From positions 8,406-72,405 of the forward strand of contig DAINDF010000015.1 in the NCBI GenBank assembly GCA_036732005.1: a DNA stretch of 64,000 nt, in the 5' to 3' direction. A program made the translations under genes and the position numbers. This stretch comes from Phycisphaerales bacterium (GTDB taxonomy: Bacteria; Planctomycetota; Phycisphaerae; Phycisphaerales; UBA1924). Under the pieces are notes generated by a model that had not been told where the DNA came from, searched no databases, and saw nothing but the letters and a program-made list of their open reading frames with translations. Below, piece by piece: positions 17,294 through 27,542 of this stretch (position 1 is its first letter; each line of letters opens with the position of its first letter).

Positions 17294-17883
17294 ATGCCCG
17301 CCGCACAGGTCAGTTACCAGCGCACCCGCGAGATGACGATCGACGAGCTCCTGCTGGAGAACCGCATCGTCTTCCTGATCGGGGAGATCAATTACCAGTC
17401 CGCCAGCCGCGTCATGATGCAGATGCTCTACCTCGAGAACCAGAGGCGGGGGCAGGAGATCTCGCTCTATATCAACTCCTTCGGGGGCGCGGTCGACGAC
17501 ACGCTGGCCATCTACGACACCATGCGGTTCCTCTCCTCGCCCGTCGCCACCTACTGCATCGGGCGGGCCTACTCCGGCGCCGCCCTGCTCCTGACCGCCG
17601 GCGAGAAGAACAAGCGGTTCATCCTCCCCCACGCCAAGGTCATGATCCACCAGCCCTACGGGGGCGTCTCGGGGCAGGCCGAGGACATCCGTCTCCAGGC
17701 CGAGCAGATCATCAAGTCCAAGCGCATGCTCAACGAGATCCTCGCGGGGCACACCGGGCAGTCCTACGACCGGATCGTCGCCGACGGCGAGCGCGACAAG
17801 TACTTCTCCGCCGACGAGGCCAAGGCCTACGGGCTGGTCGACGAGGTGCTGACCCGTCCGCCCAAGGGCGCGGAGGGCGCCGC

Positions 17884-17887
<4 letters not shown>
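17294..17887 (+). CDS. clpP: ATP-dependent Clp protease proteolytic subunit, divergent paralog (Ser-His-Asp retained)
   Basis: ATG at 17294 preceded by [28 protein letters not shown], Ser in [13 protein letters not shown], His in VMIHQPY, Asp in [22 protein letters not shown]. The ORF is open upstream to 17177. Confidence 0.88.
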
Positions 17888-18564
<677 letters not shown>

Positions 18565-18590
18565 TTTCCGCGATCAAACCGCGAACACAA

Positions 18591-18613
18591 CCCCCGCTTG
18601 CGGGGGTTTTTTT
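18591..18613 (+). terminator. rho-independent terminator after clpP2
   Basis: CCCCCGC-TT-GCGGGGG hairpin followed by TTTTTTT, 27 nt after the stop codon. Confidence 0.8.
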
Positions 18614-18634
18614 CTGCCCCTCCTCCGGCTCCGG

Positions 18635-18662
18635 TTGTATTGAGGATAAATTTGGGTATATT
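18635..18662 (+). promoter_or_regulatory. candidate sigma70-like promoter (TTGTAT-N16-TATATT)
   Basis: An AT-rich stretch that is unusual for this DNA, ~120 nt upstream of the protease gene start at 18785. Confidence 0.25.
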
Positions 18663-18784
18663 TCTGGTTGCCCCGCCCTGGGGCATCGCGGGTCTCGTCA
18701 GGTCGGGACCGGGACATTCAGGGCCCGCCCGCGTGTGGGGCGTGCCGCCCGGACCCGGGTTGCCCAATCTCCGAAGGGTCCAGC

Positions 18785-21163
18785 ATGAAACGCGCGCGTC
18801 TGTTCTGCCTCGTCGCCGCGGCGGGCGTCGGTGTGCCCCTGCACGCCGTCGCCGCCCCGGTGGTCGCCCCGACCGCCTCCCAGTTCAAGTCGACGCTCCC
18901 CGTCGCGGCGCTCCCGCATGTCCGGGTTCCCGCGATGGACCTCGGCGCCGCGATGCTCCTCGAGCGCGTCGAGCTCGACGCGGGCGGGCCCCCGCGCTTC
19001 GCGATCGAGAGCCCCGTGCAAATCACCCCCGACACACACGGCGCGTGGGAGCAGGTCGACCAGAACACCGTCATCTGGCGCGTCCGCGTCTCCTGCGAGA
19101 ACGCTGTCTCCCTCAACTTCGGCTTCACGCGCTACCGCATGCCCGAGGGAGGCCGGCTCTACATCCACCAGTCCGCCGGCGACCGCTCCATCCGCCCCTT
19201 CACCGCCGACGACAACGACGACCACGGCGAGCTCTGGACCCCCATGCTCGCCGGGCCCGACGCCGTCATCGAGGTCACCCTCCCGTTCGACCGGCAGAAC
19301 GAGCTCGAACTCGAACTCGGGGCGATCAACACCGCCTACCGCGGCTTCGGGGCCGTGCCTGACTATGACACCCGCTCGGGCTCGTGCAATGTCGATGTGA
19401 TCTGCCCCGAGGGCGACGACTGGCGCTCCGAGATCCCCTCGTCGGGCGTCTACACCGTCAACGGCGTGTGGTACTGCTCGGGCTCGCTGATCAACAACAC
19501 CTCGGGTGATCAGACCCCCTACTTCCTCACCGCAAACCACTGCTCGGTCACCACCTCCAACGACCAGGGCGTGGTGGTCTACTGGAACTACGAGAACTCC
19601 TGGTGCCGCCCGCCCGGCTCGGGCTCGTCCGGCGGCGCGGGCGACGGGTCGCTCGCCCAGTTCTCCAGCGGCGTGGTCTGGCGCGCCGCCCGCAGCGCGA
19701 GCGACTTCACCCTCGTCGAGATCGAGGACCCGCTCAACCCCGACTGGAACCTCTCCTTCTCCGGCTTCGACGCCACCGGGGCCGACGCCTCCAGCGCCGT
19801 CGCCATCCACCACCCCAGCACCGACGAAAAGCGCATCTCCTTCGAGTATCAGCCCACCACCACCACCTCCTACCTCTCCAACACCGTGCCGGGCGACGGC
19901 ACCCATGTCCGCATCACCGACTGGGACCTGGGCACCACCGAGCCGGGCTCCTCGGGCTCGCCCCTCTACAACCAGGACCACCGCATCATCGGGCAGCTCC
20001 ACGGCGGGTACGCCTCGTGCACCAGCCAGACCTCCGACTGGTACGGCAAACTCAGCGTCTCGTGGGACGCGGGCACCACCGCCTCGGCCCGCCTCCGCGA
20101 CTGGCTCGACCCGGGAAACACCGGGCAGCGCGTCGTGGACACGCTCTTCCCGGGCCTGACGGGCATGAGCGTCGTCGGCTCCGACCTCGCCTCCGAGGGC
20201 CAGCGCGGCGGGCCGTTCGTCCCGGGTGAAGCGGTCTACACCATCCGCAACAACCTCGACATCCCGCTCGCGTACCAGGTCACCTCCGCCGCCAACTGGA
20301 TCACCATCACCGGCGCCGACGGCACCATCCCCGAGGGAGGCGAGGACCAGATCGCCGTCGCCATCAACAGCGCCGCCAACACCTTCCCCAACGGGCACTA
20401 CGAGGCCGTGATCAACTTCACCAACCTCACCGACGGCGAGGGCGACGCCACCCGCGTCGTCCGCCTCGATGTCGGCGTCCCCGCCCCCGTCTACACATGG
20501 GACCTGTCCACCAACCCCGGATGGTCCACCGAGGGCCAGTGGGCGTGGGGAACCCCCACCGGCGGCAACGGCGACCACGGCAACCCCGACCCCACCTCCG
20601 GCCACACCGGGAGCACGGTCTACGGGTACAACCTCGCCGGCGCCTATGTCAACAACATGCCCGAGTACGACCTGACCACCACCGCCATCGACTGCACCGA
20701 CCTCACCCAGGTCTCCCTCCGCTTCTGGCGCTGGCTCAATGTCGAGCAGTCCATCTACGACCACGCGACCATCCGCGTGTCCAACAACGGCACGACATGG
20801 ACCCAGGTCTGGACCAACAACGCCACCATCGAGGACAGCTCCTGGTCGCGGGTCGAGTACGACATCTCCGCCGTCGCCGACAACCAGCCCACCGTCTACA
20901 TCCAGTGGGTCATGGGCACCACCGACGGCTCCTGGCTCTACTCCGGCTGGAACATCGATGATGTCGAGATCCTCGCCGTCGCCCCCGACACCTGCCTCGC
21001 CGACCTCAACAACGACGGCATCCTCGACCTCGCCGATGTCCAGGCCTTCATCGCCGCCTTCGTCGGGCAGCAGAGCCCGGCCGACCTCGCCGAGCCCTTC
21101 GGCGTCTACGACCTCGCCGATGTCCAGGCCTTCATCGCCTCGTTCACCAGCGGCTGCCCCTGA
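18785..21163 (+). CDS. secreted trypsin-fold (S1, lysyl-endopeptidase-like) serine protease with a jelly-roll (MAM/LamG-like) domain and C-terminal Cys...GCP dockerin-like module
   Basis: ATG at 18785. Signal peptide MKRARLFCLVAAAGVGVPLHAVAA. His in YFLTANHC, Ser in GSSGSPLY. A later domain reads WSTEGQWAWGTP...IRVSNNGTTWTQVW...GWNIDDVEI. Ends CLADLNNDGILDLADVQAFIAAFVGQQSPADLAEPFGVYDLADVQAFIASFTSGCP. Confidence 0.88.
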   Translation: MKRARLFCLVAAAGVGVPLHAVAAPVVAPTASQFKSTLPVAALPHVRVPAMDLGAAMLLERVELDAGGPPRFAIESPVQITPDTHGAWEQVDQNTVIWRVRVSCENAVSLNFGFTRYRMPEGGRLYIHQSAGDRSIRPFTADDNDDHGELWTPMLAGPDAVIEVTLPFDRQNELELELGAINTAYRGFGAVPDYDTRSGSCNVDVICPEGDDWRSEIPSSGVYTVNGVWYCSGSLINNTSGDQTPYFLTANHCSVTTSNDQGVVVYWNYENSWCRPPGSGSSGGAGDGSLAQFSSGVVWRAARSASDFTLVEIEDPLNPDWNLSFSGFDATGADASSAVAIHHPSTDEKRISFEYQPTTTTSYLSNTVPGDGTHVRITDWDLGTTEPGSSGSPLYNQDHRIIGQLHGGYASCTSQTSDWYGKLSVSWDAGTTASARLRDWLDPGNTGQRVVDTLFPGLTGMSVVGSDLASEGQRGGPFVPGEAVYTIRNNLDIPLAYQVTSAANWITITGADGTIPEGGEDQIAVAINSAANTFPNGHYEAVINFTNLTDGEGDATRVVRLDVGVPAPVYTWDLSTNPGWSTEGQWAWGTPTGGNGDHGNPDPTSGHTGSTVYGYNLAGAYVNNMPEYDLTTTAIDCTDLTQVSLRFWRWLNVEQSIYDHATIRVSNNGTTWTQVWTNNATIEDSSWSRVEYDISAVADNQPTVYIQWVMGTTDGSWLYSGWNIDDVEILAVAPDTCLADLNNDGILDLADVQAFIAAFVGQQSPADLAEPFGVYDLADVQAFIASFTSGCP

Positions 21164-21200
21164 CCCCCGTTGAGCCACGGGCCTGAACGCGCACAAGGCA

Positions 21201-21227
21201 GGGCGCTCCCAAAGGGAGCGCCCTTTT
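21201..21227 (+). terminator. rho-independent terminator after the protease gene
   Basis: GGGCGCTCCC-AAA-GGGAGCGCCC hairpin followed by TTTT. Confidence 0.7.
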
Positions 21228-21228
21228 C

Positions 21229-21278
21229 GCGCGCACGCCACCGGTGCCACCACCCGCCGCGCCAGCGGCGCGTGGTGC
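21229..21278 (+). repeat. palindromic repeat, family B, copy 1
   Basis: GCGCGCACGCCACCGGTGCCACCACCCGCCGCGCCAGCGGCGCGTGGTGC. It matches 61692-61741 with about 5 mismatches. Stem is CACCAC.CGCCG / CGGCG.GTGGTG. Confidence 0.75.
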
Positions 21279-21395
21279 CGTTCAGCCCCTCGCGCCGGGG
21301 GCGATGCTCCCTCCCCCGCCCCGGCGGGGGAGGTGGCCCGCCAAAGGCGGGTCGGAGGGGGGGTCTTGATGACCACGGCGTCAGCCTCTGCCCTC

Positions 21396-23159
21396 TCACC
21401 CCCCCGCGCACGCCCGCCGCCACATCTCCCGGTACGCCCCCTCCAGCCCCGGCACGAACCCCGCGAAGTCGCACAGCCTCGACCGAACCGCCTCGCGCAG
21501 CCCGGCCCGCAACGCCCGCCGGCGATCAAGGTCCAGCGCGATCCGCGCCGCGCGCTCAACACACCCCGCGGCGTCCGGGGCGATCAGGTCCGCGGTCCCC
21601 GTGTTCCGGAGCAGGCTCACCCCAACCCGCGAGACATGCGAATCGCCCTCGACCGTCACGACCGGCACGCCCATCCACATCGCCTCGAGCGTCGTCGTCG
21701 TGCCGTTGTACGGGAAGGTGTCCAGGGCCACATCCACCCGCGCGTACAAGCCCATGTGCTCCGCCGCGGTCGCCGTCTCCCCCATCGTCTCAAGCCGCGA
21801 CCCGTCCCCCCCCAAGCGCTCGAAGCGCTCCCGGAACCGCGCCGCCAGCCACTCGTCCTTCAGCCCCGCGTTCTTGACCAGCAGCCCCGACCCGGGAACC
21901 TTCTTGAGCAGGTCCGCCCACGCGGCCAGCACGCCGTCGGTGATCTTGGCAAAGGTGTTGAACGACGCGAACACCACCCGCCCCGAGGCCTCGCTCGGGC
22001 AGGGGCCCACCCCGGGCGCGTGCGGCGGCGGGGTGTAGCAGAGGAAACACGGGTCGAGACGGACCAACTCCTCCGTCGCCAACGCGTCCGCCCCGGGCGA
22101 CGGGTCCGTGTGCGCGTCCACCAGGCGGTAATCGATCGTGCCGAGCCCGGTCGTCGCCGCGTAGCCCATGTAGGTCGCCTGCACCGGCGCCGCCCGGGTC
22201 GCCAGCACGCCCAGCCGGTTCAGCCCCGTGTGCCCGGTCAGATCGACCGCGATGTCGATCCGATCGGCCCGGATCAACGCCGCCGCCTGCGCATCGCTCA
22301 GCCCGTTGATCTCTCTGAACCCCGCGGCGTGCGCGCGCACGCGTTCGGTCAGTTCGTCAACCCGAAGCCGGTGCGAGTAGCACCAGGGCTCGACGCGATC
22401 CCGGTCGTGGTGCTCGACGATCCCCTCGATGAAGTGCCCCGCCGAGCGGTTACGGAAGTCCTGCGAGATGTACCCCACGCGGAGCGGGCGCTCCGGGTCG
22501 GGGTCGTGCACCGTTCGTGGCCCGGCGGGCGCCCGCTCCGACATCAGCTCGCCGTACCGCCGATGGGCCTCGAATACCTCCCCCGGCGAGAACTGCGGGC
22601 AGTAGAGCATGAGCAGCAGCGTGTCGCGCTGAAGGTCCGCGTCCGTCGCGCGGTGCGCCGCCGTCGAACGCAACGCCGCCGCCGCGCCCGCGTGATCGCC
22701 CGTGAACGCGCGCACGGCGGCGCAGTAGCCCCCGATCCGCGCATCCCCCGGCCTCGCCGCGTGGGCCCACTCGCCGAGCTCCAGCGCCACGCGGTGCCGG
22801 TCGTGGCTCAGCAGGACCGACGAGACCATCCCCGCGATCCGGGCCGCGTCGGGCCCGAGCGTCGGCAGCCTCGCCGCGGCCCGCTCGGCCTCGTCGGTCC
22901 GCCCCAGCTCAAGCAGCTGCTCCGCGAGCGCCCCCCACCCCGCCGCGTCGCGGGGGTTGAGCTGCACAAGCCGCTCGATGTGGTACGCCGCGCGCGTCCG
23001 TTCCCCGGTCAGCACCAGCGCCCTCGCCAGCAGCGCGTGCAAACCCGGTTCGCCCGGGGCCCGGCGGACCGCCTGCTCGAGCAGCGCGCGGGCCCGGGGC
23101 GCCTGCCCAGCCCTGAGCAGAGCCTCCGCCTGCGCGACGGGTGTGGGTCGCTGCGCCAT
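21396..23159 (-). CDS. TPR-repeat protein with C-terminal SPINDLY-type O-GlcNAc-transferase-like (GT41) domain
   Basis: The N-terminal half has TPR-like helices. The C-terminal half reads RVGYISQDFRNRSAGHF, DIAVDLTGHTG, VVFASFNTFAKIT, VDVALDTFPYNGTTTTLEAMWMGVPVVT. ATG at 23159 is preferred; the frame is open to a GTG at 23237. Confidence 0.8.
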   Translation of the reverse strand: MAQRPTPVAQAEALLRAGQAPRARALLEQAVRRAPGEPGLHALLARALVLTGERTRAAYHIERLVQLNPRDAAGWGALAEQLLELGRTDEAERAAARLPTLGPDAARIAGMVSSVLLSHDRHRVALELGEWAHAARPGDARIGGYCAAVRAFTGDHAGAAAALRSTAAHRATDADLQRDTLLLMLYCPQFSPGEVFEAHRRYGELMSERAPAGPRTVHDPDPERPLRVGYISQDFRNRSAGHFIEGIVEHHDRDRVEPWCYSHRLRVDELTERVRAHAAGFREINGLSDAQAAALIRADRIDIAVDLTGHTGLNRLGVLATRAAPVQATYMGYAATTGLGTIDYRLVDAHTDPSPGADALATEELVRLDPCFLCYTPPPHAPGVGPCPSEASGRVVFASFNTFAKITDGVLAAWADLLKKVPGSGLLVKNAGLKDEWLAARFRERFERLGGDGSRLETMGETATAAEHMGLYARVDVALDTFPYNGTTTTLEAMWMGVPVVTVEGDSHVSRVGVSLLRNTGTADLIAPDAAGCVERAARIALDLDRRRALRAGLREAVRSRLCDFAGFVPGLEGAYREMWRRACAGG

Positions 23160-23201
23160 GCGCGGAGGATAGCCGACCCCAGGGCGCATTCGCCGCGCAC
23201 G

Positions 23202-23225
23202 AAAAAGGGCGGCCCCGGGCCGCCC
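23202..23225 (-). terminator. rho-independent terminator after the metalloprotease gene
   Basis: On the minus strand: GGGCGGCC-CGGG-GCCGCCC followed by TTTTTCGTGCGC, ~30 nt after the stop at 23254. Confidence 0.65.
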
Positions 23226-23253
23226 TTCGGGAGTCACCGATTGTCGCCGCGTG

Positions 23254-26200
23254 TCACGGCCTGTCCTGCGTGCCCGCGTCCTGCCCGAACATCATGAACG
23301 GGAGCATCAGGTCGGAGAAGTCGGGCATGTTGGTGATGTACTTCGCGTCCAGGGCCTGGGCGATCCGGCCCGAGACATCCTGGAGGTGGGCCCGCGTGTA
23401 CGGGTCCACCCGACCGCCGGCCCGCTCCTCGACGCTCTGCACCTTGGACTGGATGTCCCGCAGGTGCATCGCCGCGAGCGTCGCGATCGGCTTGGTCGCC
23501 GCGTCGTAGGTCTCCGCGGTCAGCGCCAGGTCGATCAGCCGCTGCAGGTGCTCGCGCTGCAGGTTCCGCCGCAGCGAGGAGATCATCGGCTGCCGCGCCG
23601 AGTACCGCCCGCTGCCCGGGTTCTCCAGCTCGCTCCACGCCGCCTCGGTGATCTCGCCCATCATCTCGGCGAGCGTGAGCGTGTCCTGGTCCGCGGGAAC
23701 GATGAACTCGTTGTCGAACACGCGGCGGAGCGTGGTCGGGTTCATGATCATCGTCATCGCCGCCGACTGGATGCCCAGCACCGTGTCGTGGACCTCGTAG
23801 GTCGGGTCGGTGAAGATGGTCCCCATCCCCCCCGTGTCCCACCACTTGTCCACCGTCATGTGCTCGAGCAGCTCGGGCGTCAGCCCGAACGCCTCGTCCC
23901 GGAAGGTGCTGTCGATCACGAACTGCAGGGCCTCACGCTGCTTGGCCGCGTCCACCACATCGATCGGCGCCCGGCCGTTCGGGTCGCCCTTCTTGTCGCG
24001 GTACACATGCGCGCCGCCGATCCAGTTCGCCATCATCGACACGGCCTGCGTGTGCTGCCCCAGCGTGATCTGGTAGCCCTGCCGCGCCCGCGCCCAGCTC
24101 TCGCCGTCCTTGACGAACCCGTCCAGCAGCGTCTTGCGGATGTGCTTGACCAGCTCCATCTGGCTGCGGGCGAAGTCGATCGGGTACTTCGATAGGTCGT
24201 ACCGCCTCGCCAACGGGTCCGGGCCCCAGGTGTCCTCGTCCGTCGCGTACTGCAGCTCGGGCTCGGCCACCCGCTCGAGCACCTTCTTCGTGTCGCCCGA
24301 GGTGTACCCGTACTCGATCACCCACATGTCGTACGGCCCGAGGTTGATCGAGGAGAGGTCGCCCTGCACCTCGCCCGAGGCCCCGTCCGGGAGCGGCATG
24401 CGGATGTTGATCCCGTTGTAGTCCATCACGGACGCCGACCACGCGGTCTTGCCCTTGAAGTCCTCGCTGTTGATCTCCGCGAGCGAGTACGCGCTCGAGC
24501 CCTTGAAGTTGTGCCGAAGGCCCAGCGTGTGCCCGACCTCGTGCGCCACCAGCTCGGCGAGCATCGGGCCCACGAACTCCTCGGGCATCCCGTCGATCAG
24601 GTCGCCCTGCTCGAGCTTGGGAGACTTCTCGCCGTCGTCGCCCTTGGGCTCCTCGTCGCCCTTCTCGCCCTCCGGCGCGGCGGCCTCGGCCTTCTTGTCG
24701 AGCATCGCCCGGTACTCCGCCGGCACCATCGCCAGCAGGTCCGGGTTCTTCTCGAGCTCTTCCTTGATCTTCTCGAGCATCTCGGGCGGCAGCTCGGGCG
24801 TCTTCTCGCCCTTCAGATCAGCAAGCACCAGCGGCGCCACCGCGCCGAGCACATCAAGGTGCATCCGCGCCGTCGCCAGGTGCAGCGCCTTGCCGCGGGC
24901 CGCGTCGCACCGCCCCATCACCTGGCTCACCCGGCCCGACAGCCCGTCGAACTCGTCGTCCCCGATCAGCACCGGGTCCACCGCCGCCGCCGGGTGCCCG
25001 CCGAACCGCGCCACGCCGCGCGTCATCCGCTCGGCGAGTTTCTGGTCGCGCTCCGCGGGGCTCGCCAGGCGGAGCCGCGGGTCCCAGCGCGGGTTGCGGT
25101 CCAGCCACGCCAGCGTGTCGGGCCCGAAGCCCTCGGTCGCCATGTCGCCCAGCAGGTCGTTCCACCGGTAGGTGAACACGCGGATCCACCCGTCCGTCAG
25201 CACGACATCGGCGTCGAGGATCTCGCCCGTCTCCGGGTTCACGCGGCTCGGGCCGATCGCCGTCGCGATGTTGTTGTTCAGCCAGCGGATGAAGTTGTAC
25301 CGCACATCCTCGGGGTCCTTGTCCATGTGGGCCCCGGTCGACTTGTCCTGGAACCGCACCTCGATCGCCCCGTCGATCCCGATCTTCCGGTACGCCTCGT
25401 TCCAGTACTCCACGCCCGCACGCACCCAGCGGCGGTACCGCACCGGCACCGTGTGCTCGATGTAGTAGACGATCGGCTCCTTCGGCGGGCTCATCTTCAG
25501 CTTCGGGTCCGCCTTCTCAAGGTGCCACCGGTTGATGTACCGCGTGTCCACCTCGTTCCAGTCGTACTTGCCGTAGTCGCGGTACGAGGTCGTGAAGTAC
25601 CCCACGCGCGGGTCCGCCTCACGCGGGCGATACCCCGCCGAGCCCTGGATCAGGCTGATCGAGTAGTGGAAGGTCTTCATCTTCCCCGTCGCGTCCGGCA
25701 CCGTGTACGCGACCTCGATGTTCTCCGGGAACGCCTTCGCCGACGCGATCTCCTTCAGGTTCTGGTTCAGCCCACGGGCCGCCCCGCCGAAGAACTTCGG
25801 CGCGTTCCCCACCAGCAGCCCGTCCAGGTCGATCACCGGCTGCCCCGACGGGCCCTTGCACACGATCGGGATGTCCAGCAGCACGCGGTCGGTGAACAGC
25901 ATGTTCACCGAGTCCTTGCTCTCCTGCTCGCCCGTCGAGCGGATCTCCATCTCGGGCATCACCAGCGCCAGCCGGTCGTCCCCGTACTTCTTCCAGTACA
26001 CATACAGATCGCCCGCCTGCAGGCCCGCGAAGATCTCACCCCCCGAGACCGTCATCGCGAAGAAGTGCTTCTGCCGGTCGAACCCGCGCGGCAGCTCGGC
26101 CAGCATCTGGTTCGTCTCGCGGTTGACCCAGATGTTGTAGAACGACTCGCCGTCCGCCGTCGACACGACCTTGTCGAACCCCTTGCTCACGGACGCCCAC

Positions 26201-26427
26201 TCGTCGCCCTTGCCCTTCCCGTTGCCCTCGTCGCCCCCCGAGCCCTGCATCATCCGCTGGATCGCCCCGAAGTCGATCTCGGTCGCGCCGGGCTGCGAGC
26301 CCGCCGCCGCGTCCGAACTCGGCGCCAAACCCGCCGCCATCGCCACGGTCGTCCCCGCGACCGCCGCCATCATCACCCGGGCCATCCGGGACGCGCCCGC
26401 GCCCCACATCATGCGGTTCTCTGCCAT
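23254..26427 (-). CDS. secreted zinc-dependent metalloprotease (met-zincin, DUF5117/DUF5118-type architecture)
   Basis: ATG at 26427. Signal-like N-terminus MAENRMMWGAGASRMARVMMAAVAGTTVAMAAG. Zinc motif LVAHEVGHTLGLRHNF, then SVMDYN. About 1057 aa. Confidence 0.85.
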   Translation of the reverse strand: MAENRMMWGAGASRMARVMMAAVAGTTVAMAAGLAPSSDAAAGSQPGATEIDFGAIQRMMQGSGGDEGNGKGKGDEWASVSKGFDKVVSTADGESFYNIWVNRETNQMLAELPRGFDRQKHFFAMTVSGGEIFAGLQAGDLYVYWKKYGDDRLALVMPEMEIRSTGEQESKDSVNMLFTDRVLLDIPIVCKGPSGQPVIDLDGLLVGNAPKFFGGAARGLNQNLKEIASAKAFPENIEVAYTVPDATGKMKTFHYSISLIQGSAGYRPREADPRVGYFTTSYRDYGKYDWNEVDTRYINRWHLEKADPKLKMSPPKEPIVYYIEHTVPVRYRRWVRAGVEYWNEAYRKIGIDGAIEVRFQDKSTGAHMDKDPEDVRYNFIRWLNNNIATAIGPSRVNPETGEILDADVVLTDGWIRVFTYRWNDLLGDMATEGFGPDTLAWLDRNPRWDPRLRLASPAERDQKLAERMTRGVARFGGHPAAAVDPVLIGDDEFDGLSGRVSQVMGRCDAARGKALHLATARMHLDVLGAVAPLVLADLKGEKTPELPPEMLEKIKEELEKNPDLLAMVPAEYRAMLDKKAEAAAPEGEKGDEEPKGDDGEKSPKLEQGDLIDGMPEEFVGPMLAELVAHEVGHTLGLRHNFKGSSAYSLAEINSEDFKGKTAWSASVMDYNGINIRMPLPDGASGEVQGDLSSINLGPYDMWVIEYGYTSGDTKKVLERVAEPELQYATDEDTWGPDPLARRYDLSKYPIDFARSQMELVKHIRKTLLDGFVKDGESWARARQGYQITLGQHTQAVSMMANWIGGAHVYRDKKGDPNGRAPIDVVDAAKQREALQFVIDSTFRDEAFGLTPELLEHMTVDKWWDTGGMGTIFTDPTYEVHDTVLGIQSAAMTMIMNPTTLRRVFDNEFIVPADQDTLTLAEMMGEITEAAWSELENPGSGRYSARQPMISSLRRNLQREHLQRLIDLALTAETYDAATKPIATLAAMHLRDIQSKVQSVEERAGGRVDPYTRAHLQDVSGRIAQALDAKYITNMPDFSDLMLPFMMFGQDAGTQDRP

Positions 26428-26791
26428 GTGCGTGCTCCAAACACCGACCGTGACCGCGCCGGGGGCGAGCGACACGCCCGCGACACGACACGGCGACTCC
26501 CAATCGCGTCGTCCCTCCACCGGGACGAAGAGAGGTTACCGGATCCACCGGGCTGTTCGAAGCCCGGATCGGCCCCGGATTCGTGATCATCCCCGGACCC
26601 GACGCGACCGCCCGCGTCCGGAAATGCCCCGACTCTGCTGTACTACACCCGCTCCACGCCCGGGATGCAACCCCTTGACACTTCTGGGCCCGAAGATTCT
26701 CGGGCCCCTAACTGGGGAGTGTCACTCGCGCCTTTGCCAATCGGTGCTGGCTCTGGTTGATAGGCGAATAGTAGGGCGTTACGCTGCACCC

Positions 26792-27454
26792 GTGCCGACG
26801 CCATGGGACATCTATGTGGATGAGTGCAAGGTACCCGGAGATTTTTGTCTCGGCTTCCTGGAGGTTCCAAACACGGCGTCGTTCATGCACAAGCTCTTCC
26901 GGTGCCGGCAGAGCGTCATCCGCGGCAGAACGATTACACAGGAAATCCACTGGAGCGAGTTGCGGCGAGACACCGCGCTGTTGGCCCGCCGGTGGATCGA
27001 GGTCGTGTTTCAACACCGCGGGGCGAAATTCCACCTGCGATCGTGGTCACGGCACAATACAAAAGAAGTTGAGATTGTCCAGTTTATCAGCGACTTCTGT
27101 CGCCGTAAGAAACTCGCTTCTCCACCCCACGATGTGGTGGTTTTCTTGGACTATGACTCGGGCCACGCGCGCGAAAGAACGCAGAACACGATCCGGGAAA
27201 CTGCGCAGATCGCTCGGTGCTACCACCTTGACAGCGTCAAGAACGACTGCATCCAGTGCTGCGACCTTCTGCTGGGGGCGGTCCGAGCATTACCGGGTCA
27301 GTCCTTGACGGAAATGCCACCCGACTGGCCCAATGGGCTGCCAAATTCCCGAATAAAAGCCGATCTTTCGGGGTTCTTGCAGGCGAAAATTGATCAAAAT
27401 TCGAGTTGTGTGTACGATCAACGAGTCGGTGCCGATCGTACACACAGACGATAG
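26792..27454 (+). CDS. DUF3800-like protein (hypothetical)
   Basis: Clearly lower G+C than the flanks. WDIYVDECKV resembles the N-terminal acidic motif of DUF3800, and SVKNDCIQCCDLLLGAV resembles its C-terminal motif. The start is uncertain (GTG at 26792; the frame is open upstream). A T-rich terminator follows. Confidence 0.55.
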   Translation: MPTPWDIYVDECKVPGDFCLGFLEVPNTASFMHKLFRCRQSVIRGRTITQEIHWSELRRDTALLARRWIEVVFQHRGAKFHLRSWSRHNTKEVEIVQFISDFCRRKKLASPPHDVVVFLDYDSGHARERTQNTIRETAQIARCYHLDSVKNDCIQCCDLLLGAVRALPGQSLTEMPPDWPNGLPNSRIKADLSGFLQAKIDQNSSCVYDQRVGADRTHRR

Positions 27455-27480
27455 CGGGTCCATCCCGCGAGTCGTGATCA

Positions 27481-27516
27481 GGCGGCAGCGCGCAAGCGGG
27501 CCGCCTCTTTTTTTTC
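27481..27516 (+). terminator. rho-independent terminator after the DUF3800-like gene
   Basis: GGCGGC...GCCGCC hairpin followed by TCTTTTTTTTCT. Confidence 0.65.
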
Positions 27517-27542
27517 TGCTCTCGGCCTCGGTGTGAGTGCCC

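Noticed and set aside
26686-26707. Perfect 8-bp inverted repeat GGGCCCGA-AGATTC-TCGGGCCC with a TTGACA hexamer just upstream (26675-26680).
   Set aside because: There is no matching -10 element at a sensible spacing and no T-tract. GGGCCC-type palindromes are abundant in this DNA. It may be an operator, but the evidence is insufficient.
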